Positions 10,341 through 19,807 of a stretch of 31,494 nucleotides of DNA are shown here, in pieces. Location of the stretch: positions 1 to 31,494 of the IMG/VR virus record IMGVR_UViG_3300033406_000032; one strand, given 5' to 3'. Within the stretch, counting starts at the first letter, position 1. Each line of letters starts with the position of its first letter. Origin of the DNA: a virus. Lineage: Duplodnaviria > Caudoviricetes. The notes below the pieces were generated by a model. It was given only the letters and a program-made list of their open reading frames with translations, had not been told where the DNA came from and did no database searches. The translations under genes were made by a program, and so were the position numbers.

Positions 10341-10853
10341 TTAGATTTCGTTTGTCGCTATTTTGCGCCACTCAGTAACTATACTATCCGGTAGAACATG
10401 TACCATAGGCACACCAGTTTCGTAATACGCTTTTATTGCGATTCGTTTAGCGCTTTTTACTTCTTCAACAAAAGCAGCAGAAACATCTATTTTTGCATCA
10501 GACCCTACTTGTTCAACAGTGCCTAACGCACTAAGTTTCCAAGGATATTTGCTATACGCTGTAATTGGAATATGCTGTACAGGATTGTCGTTGATTTTAA
10601 TATCGACGAAGGTGTTTGACAATAAAAAGCCTGGTACAGCCTTATAAGATACAACCAGTTTGTACATATGCGTTTTAGCAGTACCTACTCGCTCAAACCC
10701 CACATAAGACCTTCCATCAGGAGCGCTATAATCACTAAAGACATAAGTGCCGCCTGTGAAAGTATCAGACCCTTTCCGTATCTCTGCGTTTGCAAGGCCT
10801 GAAGCAACCAAAGCTAACAACAATATGCAAATAAATATTGACAGCTTTTTCAC
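10341..10853 (-). CDS. Moron: exported/periplasmic protein of unknown function
   Basis: Likely GTG start at 10853 (RBS AAGGTGG) giving a Sec signal peptide MKKLSIFICILLLALVASGLANA|E; has its own promoter and terminator; more AT-rich than flanks. Confidence 0.8.
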   Translation of the reverse strand: MKKLSIFICILLLALVASGLANAEIRKGSDTFTGGTYVFSDYSAPDGRSYVGFERVGTAKTHMYKLVVSYKAVPGFLLSNTFVDIKINDNPVQHIPITAYSKYPWKLSALGTVEQVGSDAKIDVSAAFVEEVKSAKRIAIKAYYETGVPMVHVLPDSIVTEWRKIATNEI

Positions 10854-10883
10854 TAAAAGCACCACCTTTTCCATCTATAACCA

Positions 10884-10912
10884 ATAATAGTCCGCTTGTT
10901 TTGACCCGTCAA
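10884..10912 (-). promoter_or_regulatory. Sigma-A-type promoter for the moron
   Basis: TTGACG (10912-10907), 17-bp spacer, TATTAT (10889-10884). Confidence 0.75.
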
Positions 10913-13900
10913 CCCATTTTAAGTATTTTCTTTATCGTCCCTGCGTTATTTTTCATATAGTTGAAAAGCACTTTTTCGCCGTCCCTTGACTGCATGAACT
11001 GCGCTGCCTGGTCCGGGTCCGTGATATTGGCTATCTTCAAGTTTAAGTCTCCGGAAGACAGTTTTGCTGCCAACTCAGAAGGTCCTTGTATATTACTGGT
11101 AGTCGAAGAATCAAGCAGACTGCCGCCGTCAGCAAATGCCGGAATAAAACTGCGCGGCATAAAACCTGCATTCAAGGCATTTAACGCTGAGAGGCCCCAT
11201 TTACGAACCGCCGCCCCGCGAATGATATATTCCCCGTTCGATACATGGAACAGTTTTCCCAAGCTACTAGAAAAAGCAAGTATGCTGTCGCTGGTATCCG
11301 TTCCCGGCCCTTTCACAAGTCCCGAATCGATATCCCCGCCTGTAGCGCCGCCGCCAGAATACGACAACGCCATAATTTTCTTAGTCAAGGCAAGGCCACT
11401 ATCTGCCGTTGACGAATCAGATGACAAGGACGTTGTGTCATACATTCCAAGAGCTTTCATGATGTTTTTAGTCAACGCTTCCGCATATACTCGCTGAATG
11501 GCATTTATCACAGTAGCCGCAAAGTTAAGGAAAGCATCTGCCAGCGTTTTGCATTGCGCGATTCCGGTAGACAGGAAGGTAAGCAGCCCGTCTTCAAAGG
11601 CTTGTTTACCGGCAATATTTACCTTATCAAGCGTAGTAGCGTAGGTAGCTGTAATGTCTAAAAGTCTAGCTTGTTCAAGATAGATAGCGGCTTTTGTTTC
11701 TCGATCTTTTTCATCTGTTTGCAGTATTCTTTCAGCTTCACTACGAAGTAGAGTTGCTTTCTGCGCAGCGGCTGACCGGGTTGCTTCCTCCGATAAGTCC
11801 GCTTTTTGCATCGAAGTATACCCACGATTTGCATTAACTAGGCTGATTTTATTTTGCAATGCCGCATCAATTGCCGAAATCAAACCTGTGATGAAGCTGC
11901 CTGCGCTGTCGCTTATGGCGTCGATCTGTGTTTTTAGGTCCCGCGCTGTAACACTCCAGCCCCTGTTTTTGGCCTCTTCGAGCTTTGCTTGCAGAGTGGC
12001 AAGGTCTTTATTAGTAGCCGCTGCGAATTTGTCTTGGTACTCTTTGATCACGTCAGAAATAGATGCCTGCCCATCTATGACCTTGATCATAATGGCTCCC
12101 TGCGCTTTGCTCAAATCCTCCAAGGAATACGTCAGATTCTGCTTCGCCTGGGAGATATCCAACTTCATCAGTTCGTAGTCTTTAAGCTGGGAAGCAGCAG
12201 CTGCCGCATCCGGCATTTTGTTGACCTTGAATTTTTTGATTTGCTGATCGTAGGTATCGGCAAGTTTGTCCTTTTGCGTGGAGGAAATATCTCCGGTTGC
12301 GGCACCAAGCTTTCCGGTCACGTCCGCATATTCTTGATACAACGCAAGGTAAGCATCATAAAGAGCTTTGCCGCTCTTTTGGTATATTCCCCCCGATATG
12401 GTACGCAGTTTGGATAACATAGACGTTTTGAAGTCTTTGGCATTGAAATCTAAATGACCGGGAGCTTCAGGGCCTTCATCCCCGGCATAAGCATCTGCAA
12501 CAATCAACCCCAAAGATCGCGCATACTCTATGAGTTTGGTTCGTATACCGTCTTTGTTTTCTTCGAGAATCGTTGATACTTGATCATCAACAACATCGAA
12601 TTTCATACCAGACACGTGGCCGCCCCAAGTACGCAGCCCTGAAGATACGGTCATGGTCTTTCCGGTTAGCTGATGAAAATACTCAGCCACCGCGTCAAGA
12701 GCAGCTTTTGCGTTATCTTGCAAGCCGTCTGTATTTGCATTGTCTGCAACGCTTGCTACCCACGTTTTCCCTTCGCCGCCAGAGAGTCCATCCATGACGC
12801 CAGTTACGTCGCCTATAGCCTCCTGAAAAGGTTTCAGTTTTTTGGTAGCTGTTTCAAGATCGTTTTCCCATTTCTTCACGGCTTCCGTTTTCTTTTCCGG
12901 CTTTTCAAAGTCGGCTTCCTGCGTTGCAGCCATCAGTTGAGCAAACTTGTCTACATCAACCTGAGCCGATTGCAAGCCTAACCCAGCCTTCTGTTTCTGA
13001 TAGTCAGCCGCCCCGATTTGTCCCAAAGACTGCCGAACGTCAAGCTGTTCCTGTTGTGCCTTTATATCGGCCTTGGCCTGTTCAGCAGTAGTTTTAATAT
13101 CGTCTTCAGCCAGTTTCAAAGCCGCCTGTGACGCTTCAAGTTTCTTTTTCTGGTCTTCATGTTTTTTTGTGAGATTGTCAGCAATATTTTCGCTATTACT
13201 TGCCTTTGCGTCAGCTCTACGAGCCACGTTCGCGTCTTCAGGCATTGCTGAAGTATTGATTCCTGCCAGCCCTGCAAGGTATCCTGTCGCTTTAGGCAGC
13301 AGCCCTGATATGCTTAATAACAGCCTCTGTATTTTTATAAAAACAGGTCCAACGGCATTGTCAAAAGCTTTCATAAGCTCTCCGGCACTTTTTACCGCTA
13401 CAGCAACGAGATTCGATATTGATAAAGTAATGTCTTTAATAAGCTGATAAAGGCCTTTGAAGCCACCGGAAAGGGTTTGGCTAACCCACGAAAACGAAGG
13501 AGCAAGGCTTTTGGCAGTTTCCTGTAAAAAGTCAAAAGCTGATCGCAGTTCTTTCACCGTAGCCACTAGCGCCGGATTCAATTCAATCTTGCCCGTTTCA
13601 GCGTTGACTGTGCCAACTAGTCCAGTGAGCCAAGTTAGAAATTCTTTTATCGGCGTGGCGAATTCTTGGGTAAAGACGGCGCTGCCCCGAACCCAAACCT
13701 CTTGCAATTGATCCATCTTGCCTGATAATGTTTGTGGAAATGCTGCAGCTGTATCGTTGAATCCTTGCAGCCGTTCCATGAGGAAACTATACAGACCTTG
13801 CGAAGATTGCTTTGCCCTGTTTATGTCGGCGTCAGTCAGGTTCAGAGCGCTGGCTAATGTCGAAGAGGACGCCTGTATACCGCCCTGCACCAGATCACGA

Positions 13901-14574
13901 AGTTCCTGCACCATCTGACGCTGCAAGTCGGCTCGGCCCGGCAGAATCGCTTTAACGGCTACCGTGCCGGTCACTGTCAGTTTTCGTATTTGTTCCAGGC
14001 TCATGCCTGCGCCAATACCAGGGGCCACCAACGCCCGAAACGCCGTAACCAGTTCATCTGCTGTGGCTGAAGTTCGCACCGCATCGGCCTGTAGTTTAAA
14101 CATCATGTCGGAAGATATAGCCATAGCGTCACTAAAATTTACTGCTTTGCCGTTTAGCAGAGTCATGGACTGCAAGATACCGGCTATGCCCAGCTGGTTT
14201 GATTCCATATCGGCCGTAAAATCAAAGCCCGGTTTTAATATTCCTAAAAGAAAATCTTTTATTTTATTAAGTACGATTAAGAAAACCCCGGCTTTTGCTA
14301 TTAGACCAGTAAACCCGCTTAATAGAGAGCCAGCCGCCCCGGAAGCTTTGCCCATTCCGGAGGCTCCTGCAGCACCTACCTTTCCGGCAGCGCTGGCAGC
14401 GCCGTTGGCGGCTGACTCCACACCCTTGAAGGAAGAGGCAAGGCCGTCGAGTTTTGTATTGTTAAGGCCCGCGACAGCCCCGGCAAACTGCTGAAGCTTT
14501 GCGATACTGCTGGCAATAACGTTATATAAGCCTTGATTCTCTGCAGTGATTTTGACTTTAACTTCTTTTGCCAC
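10909..14574 (-). CDS. Tape measure protein with internal M15-like peptidase domain
   Basis: 1221 aa, Ala/Leu/Lys-rich helical; C-terminal GG...G.V.GPGT.TSDSI...SNGEYII...FADGG motif; follows tail chaperones. Confidence 0.92.
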   Translation of the reverse strand: MAKEVKVKITAENQGLYNVIASSIAKLQQFAGAVAGLNNTKLDGLASSFKGVESAANGAASAAGKVGAAGASGMGKASGAAGSLLSGFTGLIAKAGVFLIVLNKIKDFLLGILKPGFDFTADMESNQLGIAGILQSMTLLNGKAVNFSDAMAISSDMMFKLQADAVRTSATADELVTAFRALVAPGIGAGMSLEQIRKLTVTGTVAVKAILPGRADLQRQMVQELRDLVQGGIQASSSTLASALNLTDADINRAKQSSQGLYSFLMERLQGFNDTAAAFPQTLSGKMDQLQEVWVRGSAVFTQEFATPIKEFLTWLTGLVGTVNAETGKIELNPALVATVKELRSAFDFLQETAKSLAPSFSWVSQTLSGGFKGLYQLIKDITLSISNLVAVAVKSAGELMKAFDNAVGPVFIKIQRLLLSISGLLPKATGYLAGLAGINTSAMPEDANVARRADAKASNSENIADNLTKKHEDQKKKLEASQAALKLAEDDIKTTAEQAKADIKAQQEQLDVRQSLGQIGAADYQKQKAGLGLQSAQVDVDKFAQLMAATQEADFEKPEKKTEAVKKWENDLETATKKLKPFQEAIGDVTGVMDGLSGGEGKTWVASVADNANTDGLQDNAKAALDAVAEYFHQLTGKTMTVSSGLRTWGGHVSGMKFDVVDDQVSTILEENKDGIRTKLIEYARSLGLIVADAYAGDEGPEAPGHLDFNAKDFKTSMLSKLRTISGGIYQKSGKALYDAYLALYQEYADVTGKLGAATGDISSTQKDKLADTYDQQIKKFKVNKMPDAAAAASQLKDYELMKLDISQAKQNLTYSLEDLSKAQGAIMIKVIDGQASISDVIKEYQDKFAAATNKDLATLQAKLEEAKNRGWSVTARDLKTQIDAISDSAGSFITGLISAIDAALQNKISLVNANRGYTSMQKADLSEEATRSAAAQKATLLRSEAERILQTDEKDRETKAAIYLEQARLLDITATYATTLDKVNIAGKQAFEDGLLTFLSTGIAQCKTLADAFLNFAATVINAIQRVYAEALTKNIMKALGMYDTTSLSSDSSTADSGLALTKKIMALSYSGGGATGGDIDSGLVKGPGTDTSDSILAFSSSLGKLFHVSNGEYIIRGAAVRKWGLSALNALNAGFMPRSFIPAFADGGSLLDSSTTSNIQGPSELAAKLSSGDLNLKIANITDPDQAAQFMQSRDGEKVLFNYMKNNAGTIKKILKMG

Positions 14575-14578
14575 TCCG

Positions 14579-15258
14579 CTACTCTCCTTCCTTGCCTAGT
14601 TCTAATAATGGTTCGATCCAGCTTTTGAAATCTTCTTTTGCCGCCCAGACAGAAGCCCGAACATCACTAGAAAAGCAGGCCCGGCGACGAGCCTGCAATA
14701 TCACGCTTTTTTCATAGAACAATAGCAGCTGATCTTTTGTATATCGAGATATTGTGTCTAAGCTATGCCCGCTTTCGACGAGCGTTTGCGCGATTTCGCC
14801 CCAGGTAATCCCGTGACCGCTTCCTCGATCTCCTGCATCAAGTTCTTTTGGAACGTCGGGACCACCTGGCTTGTAAAAAAATCTTTATTCGTCAACCACG
14901 CACCAATAAGCAAGGTAAAACCGTCCATGCCTTCAAGAGCTTTAACCCACACCACCGGTTTGCGAATTGCTATAGCCAAAATCTCATATATGGCTTCGCC
15001 GCCATGACTAAGCACTTTCATTGCAAACATAATCGTTTTGGGGTTCAGTTTCAGCTGCCCGTTTTCGGCCTTCACGTCAAGGACCCCTTCGCCGTATTCG
15101 GCTAAAGCGTCTAACACAAGCTCAATGAGCCCTGATGATTTTTCAATGACTGCCACCCAATCACCAAAACAGAAAGGCAGAAGAGGTAATTCCTCTCCTG
15201 CCAGTTTGATTTTGTTGTTGGGGAACAGAATTTCAAGCTCGTTCTTTTTCTGTTCCAC
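14579..15258 (-). CDS. Tail assembly chaperone, -1 frameshift-extended form (gpGT-like, ~226 aa)
   Basis: Slippery T TTT TTT at 14881-14875; the -1 frame stays open to TAG at 14581-14579, encoding ...ITWGEIAQTLVESGHSLDTISRYTKDQLLLFYEK... Confidence 0.8.
14758..15258 (-). CDS. Tail assembly chaperone (gpG-like)
   Basis: Located between tail tube and TMP; ELEILFP N-terminus and N.DFF motif; RBS GGAGG. Confidence 0.85.
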   Translation of the reverse strand: MEQKKNELEILFPNNKIKLAGEELPLLPFCFGDWVAVIEKSSGLIELVLDALAEYGEGVLDVKAENGQLKLNPKTIMFAMKVLSHGGEAIYEILAIAIRKPVVWVKALEGMDGFTLLIGAWLTNKDFFTSQVVPTFQKNLMQEIEEAVTGLPGAKSRKRSSKAGIA

Positions 15259-15270
15259 CTAAATTCCCTC

Positions 15271-16047
15271 CTACGCGATTTTAATTGCTCTGAATTGCGG
15301 ATAACTCGGATGTTTCTCCCGATCATCCCAAATCGATACCGAAATATCAAAGGAAGTAAGTTCTTCGCTGATAAACCCAAGAGCGCCATTCGGAGAGATA
15401 GACACATGCCAGAAATCTGCAGTATAGCACGGGCCTTTTGTCGGATCCCCGGCAAAGAACATATACCCTTCAACACTCCCGACTGCTGCGCCTGCTACTG
15501 AAGGATACGCACCTGCCGGGCGGGTATAGTCCACAAGAACAGTTGCAGCCTCAACGATAGAAGAGGATTCAGGAATATAGATCATCCCTGCACGAAGCAA
15601 AGTTTCGTCCAAGGTGTAATCTGTGCCAGCCAAATAGGTAACTGTTCCAGCAGCGTCGGTCAAGATCAGCCCTGTAGACTTTACTCCAAACGAGTCAATT
15701 TGCAGGAACCTGCTTTTGTGCGCCGTATGGCTTTCGTCGGTCACCGCTCCTGCTACCTGCGTAATAACGCCTTCCTCGCCCAAAAAGGCCATAGCGATAT
15801 TTTCCGGCACAATTTCATCCAGAGTCAGTGTCAGTGAAGATGAGATTTTACTCACAACTTCCAGAAGTGTAGATTTTGCCGCATACATAGCGCTGTTTTT
15901 TGTGATTTTTGTCGTTTCTTGAGACAGTTCGAACTTAGGCACGTTGCCCAAATGTCGAAGTCCAGTAGATGCGCCGGCAGTTGTCCATCGGTCAAATAGA
16001 ACTTTGCCAGCGCCTAAGAGAAAGTTGCTAGAGCTAGGAGTACTCAT
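15271..16047 (-). CDS. Major tail tube protein
   Basis: LGAGKVLF...RHLGNVP.F.L motif; position before chaperones; start overlaps the upstream stop (TAATG). Confidence 0.85.
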   Translation of the reverse strand: MSTPSSSNFLLGAGKVLFDRWTTAGASTGLRHLGNVPKFELSQETTKITKNSAMYAAKSTLLEVVSKISSSLTLTLDEIVPENIAMAFLGEEGVITQVAGAVTDESHTAHKSRFLQIDSFGVKSTGLILTDAAGTVTYLAGTDYTLDETLLRAGMIYIPESSSIVEAATVLVDYTRPAGAYPSVAGAAVGSVEGYMFFAGDPTKGPCYTADFWHVSISPNGALGFISEELTSFDISVSIWDDREKHPSYPQFRAIKIA

Positions 16048-16490
16048 TAACTAGATCGCCTCCATTCAATTTCGAATACCATTCTTGCCCCACACAAAGG
16101 GCGGTTGCTGTCGGCGTCAGATATCGCCGATTTCAAAGTAATGTCAGTATAAAGGTTCAAATCGCTTAAAACAGCGTCAGACCAACGCGCCACAATTAAG
16201 CAAACGCTTTTCATTATGGTGTGCAATGCAGGGTATCCGCTGTCAGGCTCTTTGCCAGCATTCTTTAACCAACAATCAGCCCAAATGATCAAAGTCCCTT
16301 TATCTGTTCGCAGAAGATTTTTCCCGCTTTCGTCATCCCAAGTAAACTCTACGCAGGGATACGGGTCTTTTGGAGTCTTGCTTCCTGCCCGGACGGCCAC
16401 CCCTGTCAGTTCAGTTTGAGCGCTGGCATAATCCCGTAAATGGTCCAGCAGCGGCCACCAAATTAAAAGATAATCTTCGTTCATGCTCAT
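16047..16490 (-). CDS. Tail terminator / tail completion protein
   Basis: 147 aa immediately upstream of tail tube; YPCVEF motif. Confidence 0.6.
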   Translation of the reverse strand: MSMNEDYLLIWWPLLDHLRDYASAQTELTGVAVRAGSKTPKDPYPCVEFTWDDESGKNLLRTDKGTLIIWADCWLKNAGKEPDSGYPALHTIMKSVCLIVARWSDAVLSDLNLYTDITLKSAISDADSNRPLCGARMVFEIEWRRSS

Positions 16491-16903
16491 GACCTGTACA
16501 TCGGGAAGCTAAAAACGCTGTCTTTTGCCAATGCGTCCAGCCCTCCGCCTGCTCCTGTTGCGCCGCCGACTAAGGCCGACGCGGTAAGCAGTCCTTCCAA
16601 TCTTGTCGCCTCTGCTGCCCAAATACGGCGTTTCAGTTCGTAGGCATCGCTTTTATCTTCGCCTTCGGTGTTCATCATGCTTTTGTCACGGGCAACAGCA
16701 TTGTAAACTTTGGCGATAGACAACTTTTTAACGATGTTCGGGCAAGGGGTGGGAATTCGAGTAGGTAGCACACCCAAAGACAAAGCAACGTCGTTTATGT
16801 CGGCGTCTGCCTCGGCAATAAGCTTAGCGGTTACGAACTCAGCTAACAGTTCATCGGTATAATCATTTGTGGTTTCGTCCGTTGATATAGTGCTATAACT
16901 CAT
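16487..16903 (-). CDS. Head-tail adaptor protein (putative)
   Basis: MSY start, I.EADA.I...helical pattern; position in the connector cluster. Confidence 0.6.
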   Translation of the reverse strand: MSYSTISTDETTNDYTDELLAEFVTAKLIAEADADINDVALSLGVLPTRIPTPCPNIVKKLSIAKVYNAVARDKSMMNTEGEDKSDAYELKRRIWAAEATRLEGLLTASALVGGATGAGGGLDALAKDSVFSFPMYRS

Positions 16904-17385
16904 TCAAGCCCTGCCTCCTTTACCGTTCGGGCAAACGCTCTTTCAAATAGTTCAGCGACTTCGTTCATTTTTGCCTCGGCAGCGTTATAAACAAATGGGT
17001 CGCCTTGAATCCCTGGGTGCATAACCTTTTGCGCAAACACAAAACCGTTCCGCCCCAGGAATCGCAAGCTTTTTTTATTACGAGGCACGATAGGGTATCT
17101 TGCATGGTTTGGCCCATAAAGCCCTGTGCCTTCGTGCTGATAAATCGCATAGGGCGCTGTGCCTGAGTTGATTTCAATAACCCCTTCTGTAGTTTGTTCG
17201 TTCTGTGACACTCCGGTTTCAATGGAGCGCTCTGCCATCCCGGACCTGGACCGGAATTTGTGCTTCGCCTGTGCCTGCGTTTGCACAACTCCTACCGACA
17301 GCTCCATAGCACCCATAGAATTACGCAGGAAGGCACTACCTAACTTAAGTAGTGCCTCTTCTGCTTCTCGTACTTCCGCGTCCAT
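16900..17385 (-). CDS. HK97 gp10-like / virion morphogenesis (neck) protein
   Basis: RSG...SI, APYA.YQHEGTGLYGP and FA.KV.HPG....PF motifs. Confidence 0.8.
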   Translation of the reverse strand: MDAEVREAEEALLKLGSAFLRNSMGAMELSVGVVQTQAQAKHKFRSRSGMAERSIETGVSQNEQTTEGVIEINSGTAPYAIYQHEGTGLYGPNHARYPIVPRNKKSLRFLGRNGFVFAQKVMHPGIQGDPFVYNAAEAKMNEVAELFERAFARTVKEAGLE

Positions 17386-17386
17386 G

Positions 17387-18451
17387 TTAGGCTACAGTGG
17401 CGATAAACACCTTGTCGCCTTGTTCAAACGAGGGCAGCACGATTTCGGAAACGATGGTTTCAATGTTTACCGGGTGCGGCTGCTTAATTGTGGTTACGGC
17501 TACGCCAGTGTTGACAATGGACACGCTGGCATTCGATACCCCGTTCATGAGGTCAGACTGTTCCGGAGTTGTGCCGTACCAGGTGTTACCCAAATTACCC
17601 GGAGGAATCAAGGTAAAGACATTATCGGGGAAGTAGCTGGCAGTAGTGGCTTTCTCAGTGCGGTATTTTTTACTGTAAACAGACACCGATAGCCCCACTT
17701 TTTCCAGCAAGTAACTTCGAAGAATGTTGTCAGTTACAATCTTGTTCCCGTTGGTGTCAAGATCGAGCTTAATGCTTTTGTTGGCCAGCAAATACCCAAA
17801 AGTTTTTCGGGTACAAATGGCGCGAGTCGGGCGGGCTCCGGTTATCTCCTGAACCTTGTCCTGCCAATCGATAATATCCGTTACCGGGGTAGCGGTGTCG
17901 GTTGCGGACCATTTCAGGGTAGCGGTGGAAATCGTTGCTTTTTGTGCAACGCCAAACTTGTAATCGTAGTCATAGTTAAGAGCGTTGACCTTGGACGCAA
18001 TTGCAATTTTGCCAGTGGAAAGCAGTTGCATGATCATTCGTTCAGGAACAACATTCGCCCCGCGTACCAATTCAGCAGCATCGTTGTAAATACGAGTCAG
18101 GAAGTCGCGCAGAGACGGGCTTTCCAAAGAGGTCGCCGAACTCAGGATATTGTTCAGTTCTTGCCGGTCTTCTTCTTTAATCAGCATGCCTTCACGGAAG
18201 AACGGCATTTGGGTTTTGACTTCTTCAATGCCGATCCGATCCCGCAGACTTGCTTTCGTGTCAAACTTGGACGGCGCCAACGAAATAGGCAGGCCGGAAG
18301 CGCCGACAAGCCATTTCAATTCAAGGCCCATTTTTTGCCGTGCCGGGAAAAGGGCTGCACCTAAAAACGGGTCAGAGTCGCCGCCTGTTTCAGCCAGCGT
18401 GTTCCAGTAAGCCCCGATTTCCTGCGCAGTAAAGACTTCTTGCAATAACAT
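17387..18451 (-). CDS. Major capsid protein (Phage_cap_E-like)
   Basis: 354 aa after scaffold and decoration genes; LFPA.K..GL, MPFFRE, LGNTWYGTTPE and VSEIVLPSFE motifs. Confidence 0.92.
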   Translation of the reverse strand: MLLQEVFTAQEIGAYWNTLAETGGDSDPFLGAALFPARQKMGLELKWLVGASGLPISLAPSKFDTKASLRDRIGIEEVKTQMPFFREGMLIKEEDRQELNNILSSATSLESPSLRDFLTRIYNDAAELVRGANVVPERMIMQLLSTGKIAIASKVNALNYDYDYKFGVAQKATISTATLKWSATDTATPVTDIIDWQDKVQEITGARPTRAICTRKTFGYLLANKSIKLDLDTNGNKIVTDNILRSYLLEKVGLSVSVYSKKYRTEKATTASYFPDNVFTLIPPGNLGNTWYGTTPEQSDLMNGVSNASVSIVNTGVAVTTIKQPHPVNIETIVSEIVLPSFEQGDKVFIATVA

Positions 18452-18486
18452 TCAGATAGTACCTCCTACTTACTTTATTTTGCCTG

Positions 18487-18873
18487 TTAGTACAGAACTT
18501 GAACGCCAGCGGCCTGCAATGCAGTTACCGCAGTAGCGGCCAAAGCGGTTCCGTTCGCCGTGATTTTGGTTTTGCTGACAAAACCCCAGATAACAGCTGC
18601 GCCGGGAGTGTCGCCTGCTGTCACATCAGTATCGTGGAGCAGAACCGCTACCGCGTCAGCATCGTTTTGCACCGTAGCTTTTGCCGTGATGTCGGTTTTG
18701 AACGCCCCGCCCAGCGGTGTTCCTGCCGGAAGAATTTTGCGGCCTGCCGCGTCTGCCACTAATGCGGCAATTACTGCATCTGTGCTGTCCAGCATTACCG
18801 GAACAGCTACATACGGTTCAGCAATAGCCAAGATTTCAACGTGATTAAGGTACGATGTACGGGTAAATTCCAT
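18487..18873 (-). CDS. Head decoration protein
   Basis: GRKI.PAGT...LLHDTDVT.GD..GA.VI.GFV motif; between scaffold and MCP. Confidence 0.8.
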   Translation of the reverse strand: MEFTRTSYLNHVEILAIAEPYVAVPVMLDSTDAVIAALVADAAGRKILPAGTPLGGAFKTDITAKATVQNDADAVAVLLHDTDVTAGDTPGAAVIWGFVSKTKITANGTALAATAVTALQAAGVQVLY

Positions 18874-18913
18874 TTGTCTTTTTCCTCCTTGCTATTTTTT
18901 AATATGGCAACCT

Positions 18914-19660
18914 TCAGCCGTTTTCGCCGAAGAAGTGCGCCTGTCCAGTAAGGGCGGCTTTACCTGTGGCGGCAACCGGGGCTGCCAAAGAAGCGCCCAA
19001 TGAAAGAGCTTTACCGCTTGCATCTGTTTGGCCGGTCAAGATCGTGCCGTCAGCAGATTTTGAGCCAGCGCCGGGAGCCTGTACGTTTTTGACAAATTCC
19101 GGGCGCTCCCCAAGCCAGGTTTTCACCCCATCAGAAACCTTTTTGCCGCCTTCGAAACTCAGGCTGTCGTCGTCGCCGACTTCCACCTTACTCAGAAGCA
19201 GATCAATCAGATCCTCAGGCCTCGCTGCTTTATGCTCGGTAAGAGCTTTCAGCAAGGCTTCTCGTTTGGCTGTGGTTTGCTGTTTGGTAATAGAAGCAGC
19301 CAACTTTGTTTCATACTCGGTTTTTTCCGTTTGCCGTTCTTTTTCCAGTCTGTCCAGGCGCTTTTGAAGGGCAGACGTTTCACCGTCTGTTTTGCCTTTG
19401 GTTTTGCTCAAACCGTCCAAGGCTTCCGATATGTCGCCGTCTTCCTCAATGCCTAGCTTGTCACGAACCAAAGAAAGCTGTTTTGCCAGTGTTTCAGCTT
19501 GTGCCTTGGCGTCTTTAGCTTCTTTAGCGGCTGTTCGCTGTTTGGTCAGTGCTTCCGTAGTTTTGGTATCCTCGGCAGCCATGATTGCATTTAGTGCAGT
19601 CACTAACTCAGCACCGTTCGGCGCTTTTGCCAGTGCTGCCAGCAGTTGTTCCAGACTCAT
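18914..19660 (-). CDS. Capsid scaffolding protein
   Basis: Coiled-coil, K/E/A-rich, C-terminal P.GAGS linker; start at 19660 behind AGGAGG. Confidence 0.8.
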   Translation of the reverse strand: MSLEQLLAALAKAPNGAELVTALNAIMAAEDTKTTEALTKQRTAAKEAKDAKAQAETLAKQLSLVRDKLGIEEDGDISEALDGLSKTKGKTDGETSALQKRLDRLEKERQTEKTEYETKLAASITKQQTTAKREALLKALTEHKAARPEDLIDLLLSKVEVGDDDSLSFEGGKKVSDGVKTWLGERPEFVKNVQAPGAGSKSADGTILTGQTDASGKALSLGASLAAPVAATGKAALTGQAHFFGENG

Positions 19661-19681
19661 ACACATTCCTCCTATTTTTGA

Positions 19682-19706
19682 GCATAAGAAAAGCGCCTCT
19701 CGGCGC
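19682..19706 (-). terminator. Short GNRA-capped terminator-like hairpin upstream of scaffold
   Basis: GCGCC-GAGA-GGCGC followed by TTTTCTTATGC. Confidence 0.6.
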
Positions 19707-19712
19707 CATGGA

Positions 19713-19783
19713 CTATTGCAGACGCTTGCGCATCTGGATCACCTCCCTTCAGTTTTTGGGCGTCTAAACTCGTGGCAGCGCAT
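19713..19783 (-). other. Two tandem micro-ORFs (14 aa at 19783-19739; 6 aa at 19733-19713)
   Basis: Each has a strong RBS (AAGGGGGTGA; GGGAGGTGA) and begins ATGCGC. Confidence 0.5.
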
Positions 19784-19807
19784 AGACTCTCACCCCCTTA
19801 AAAATGG

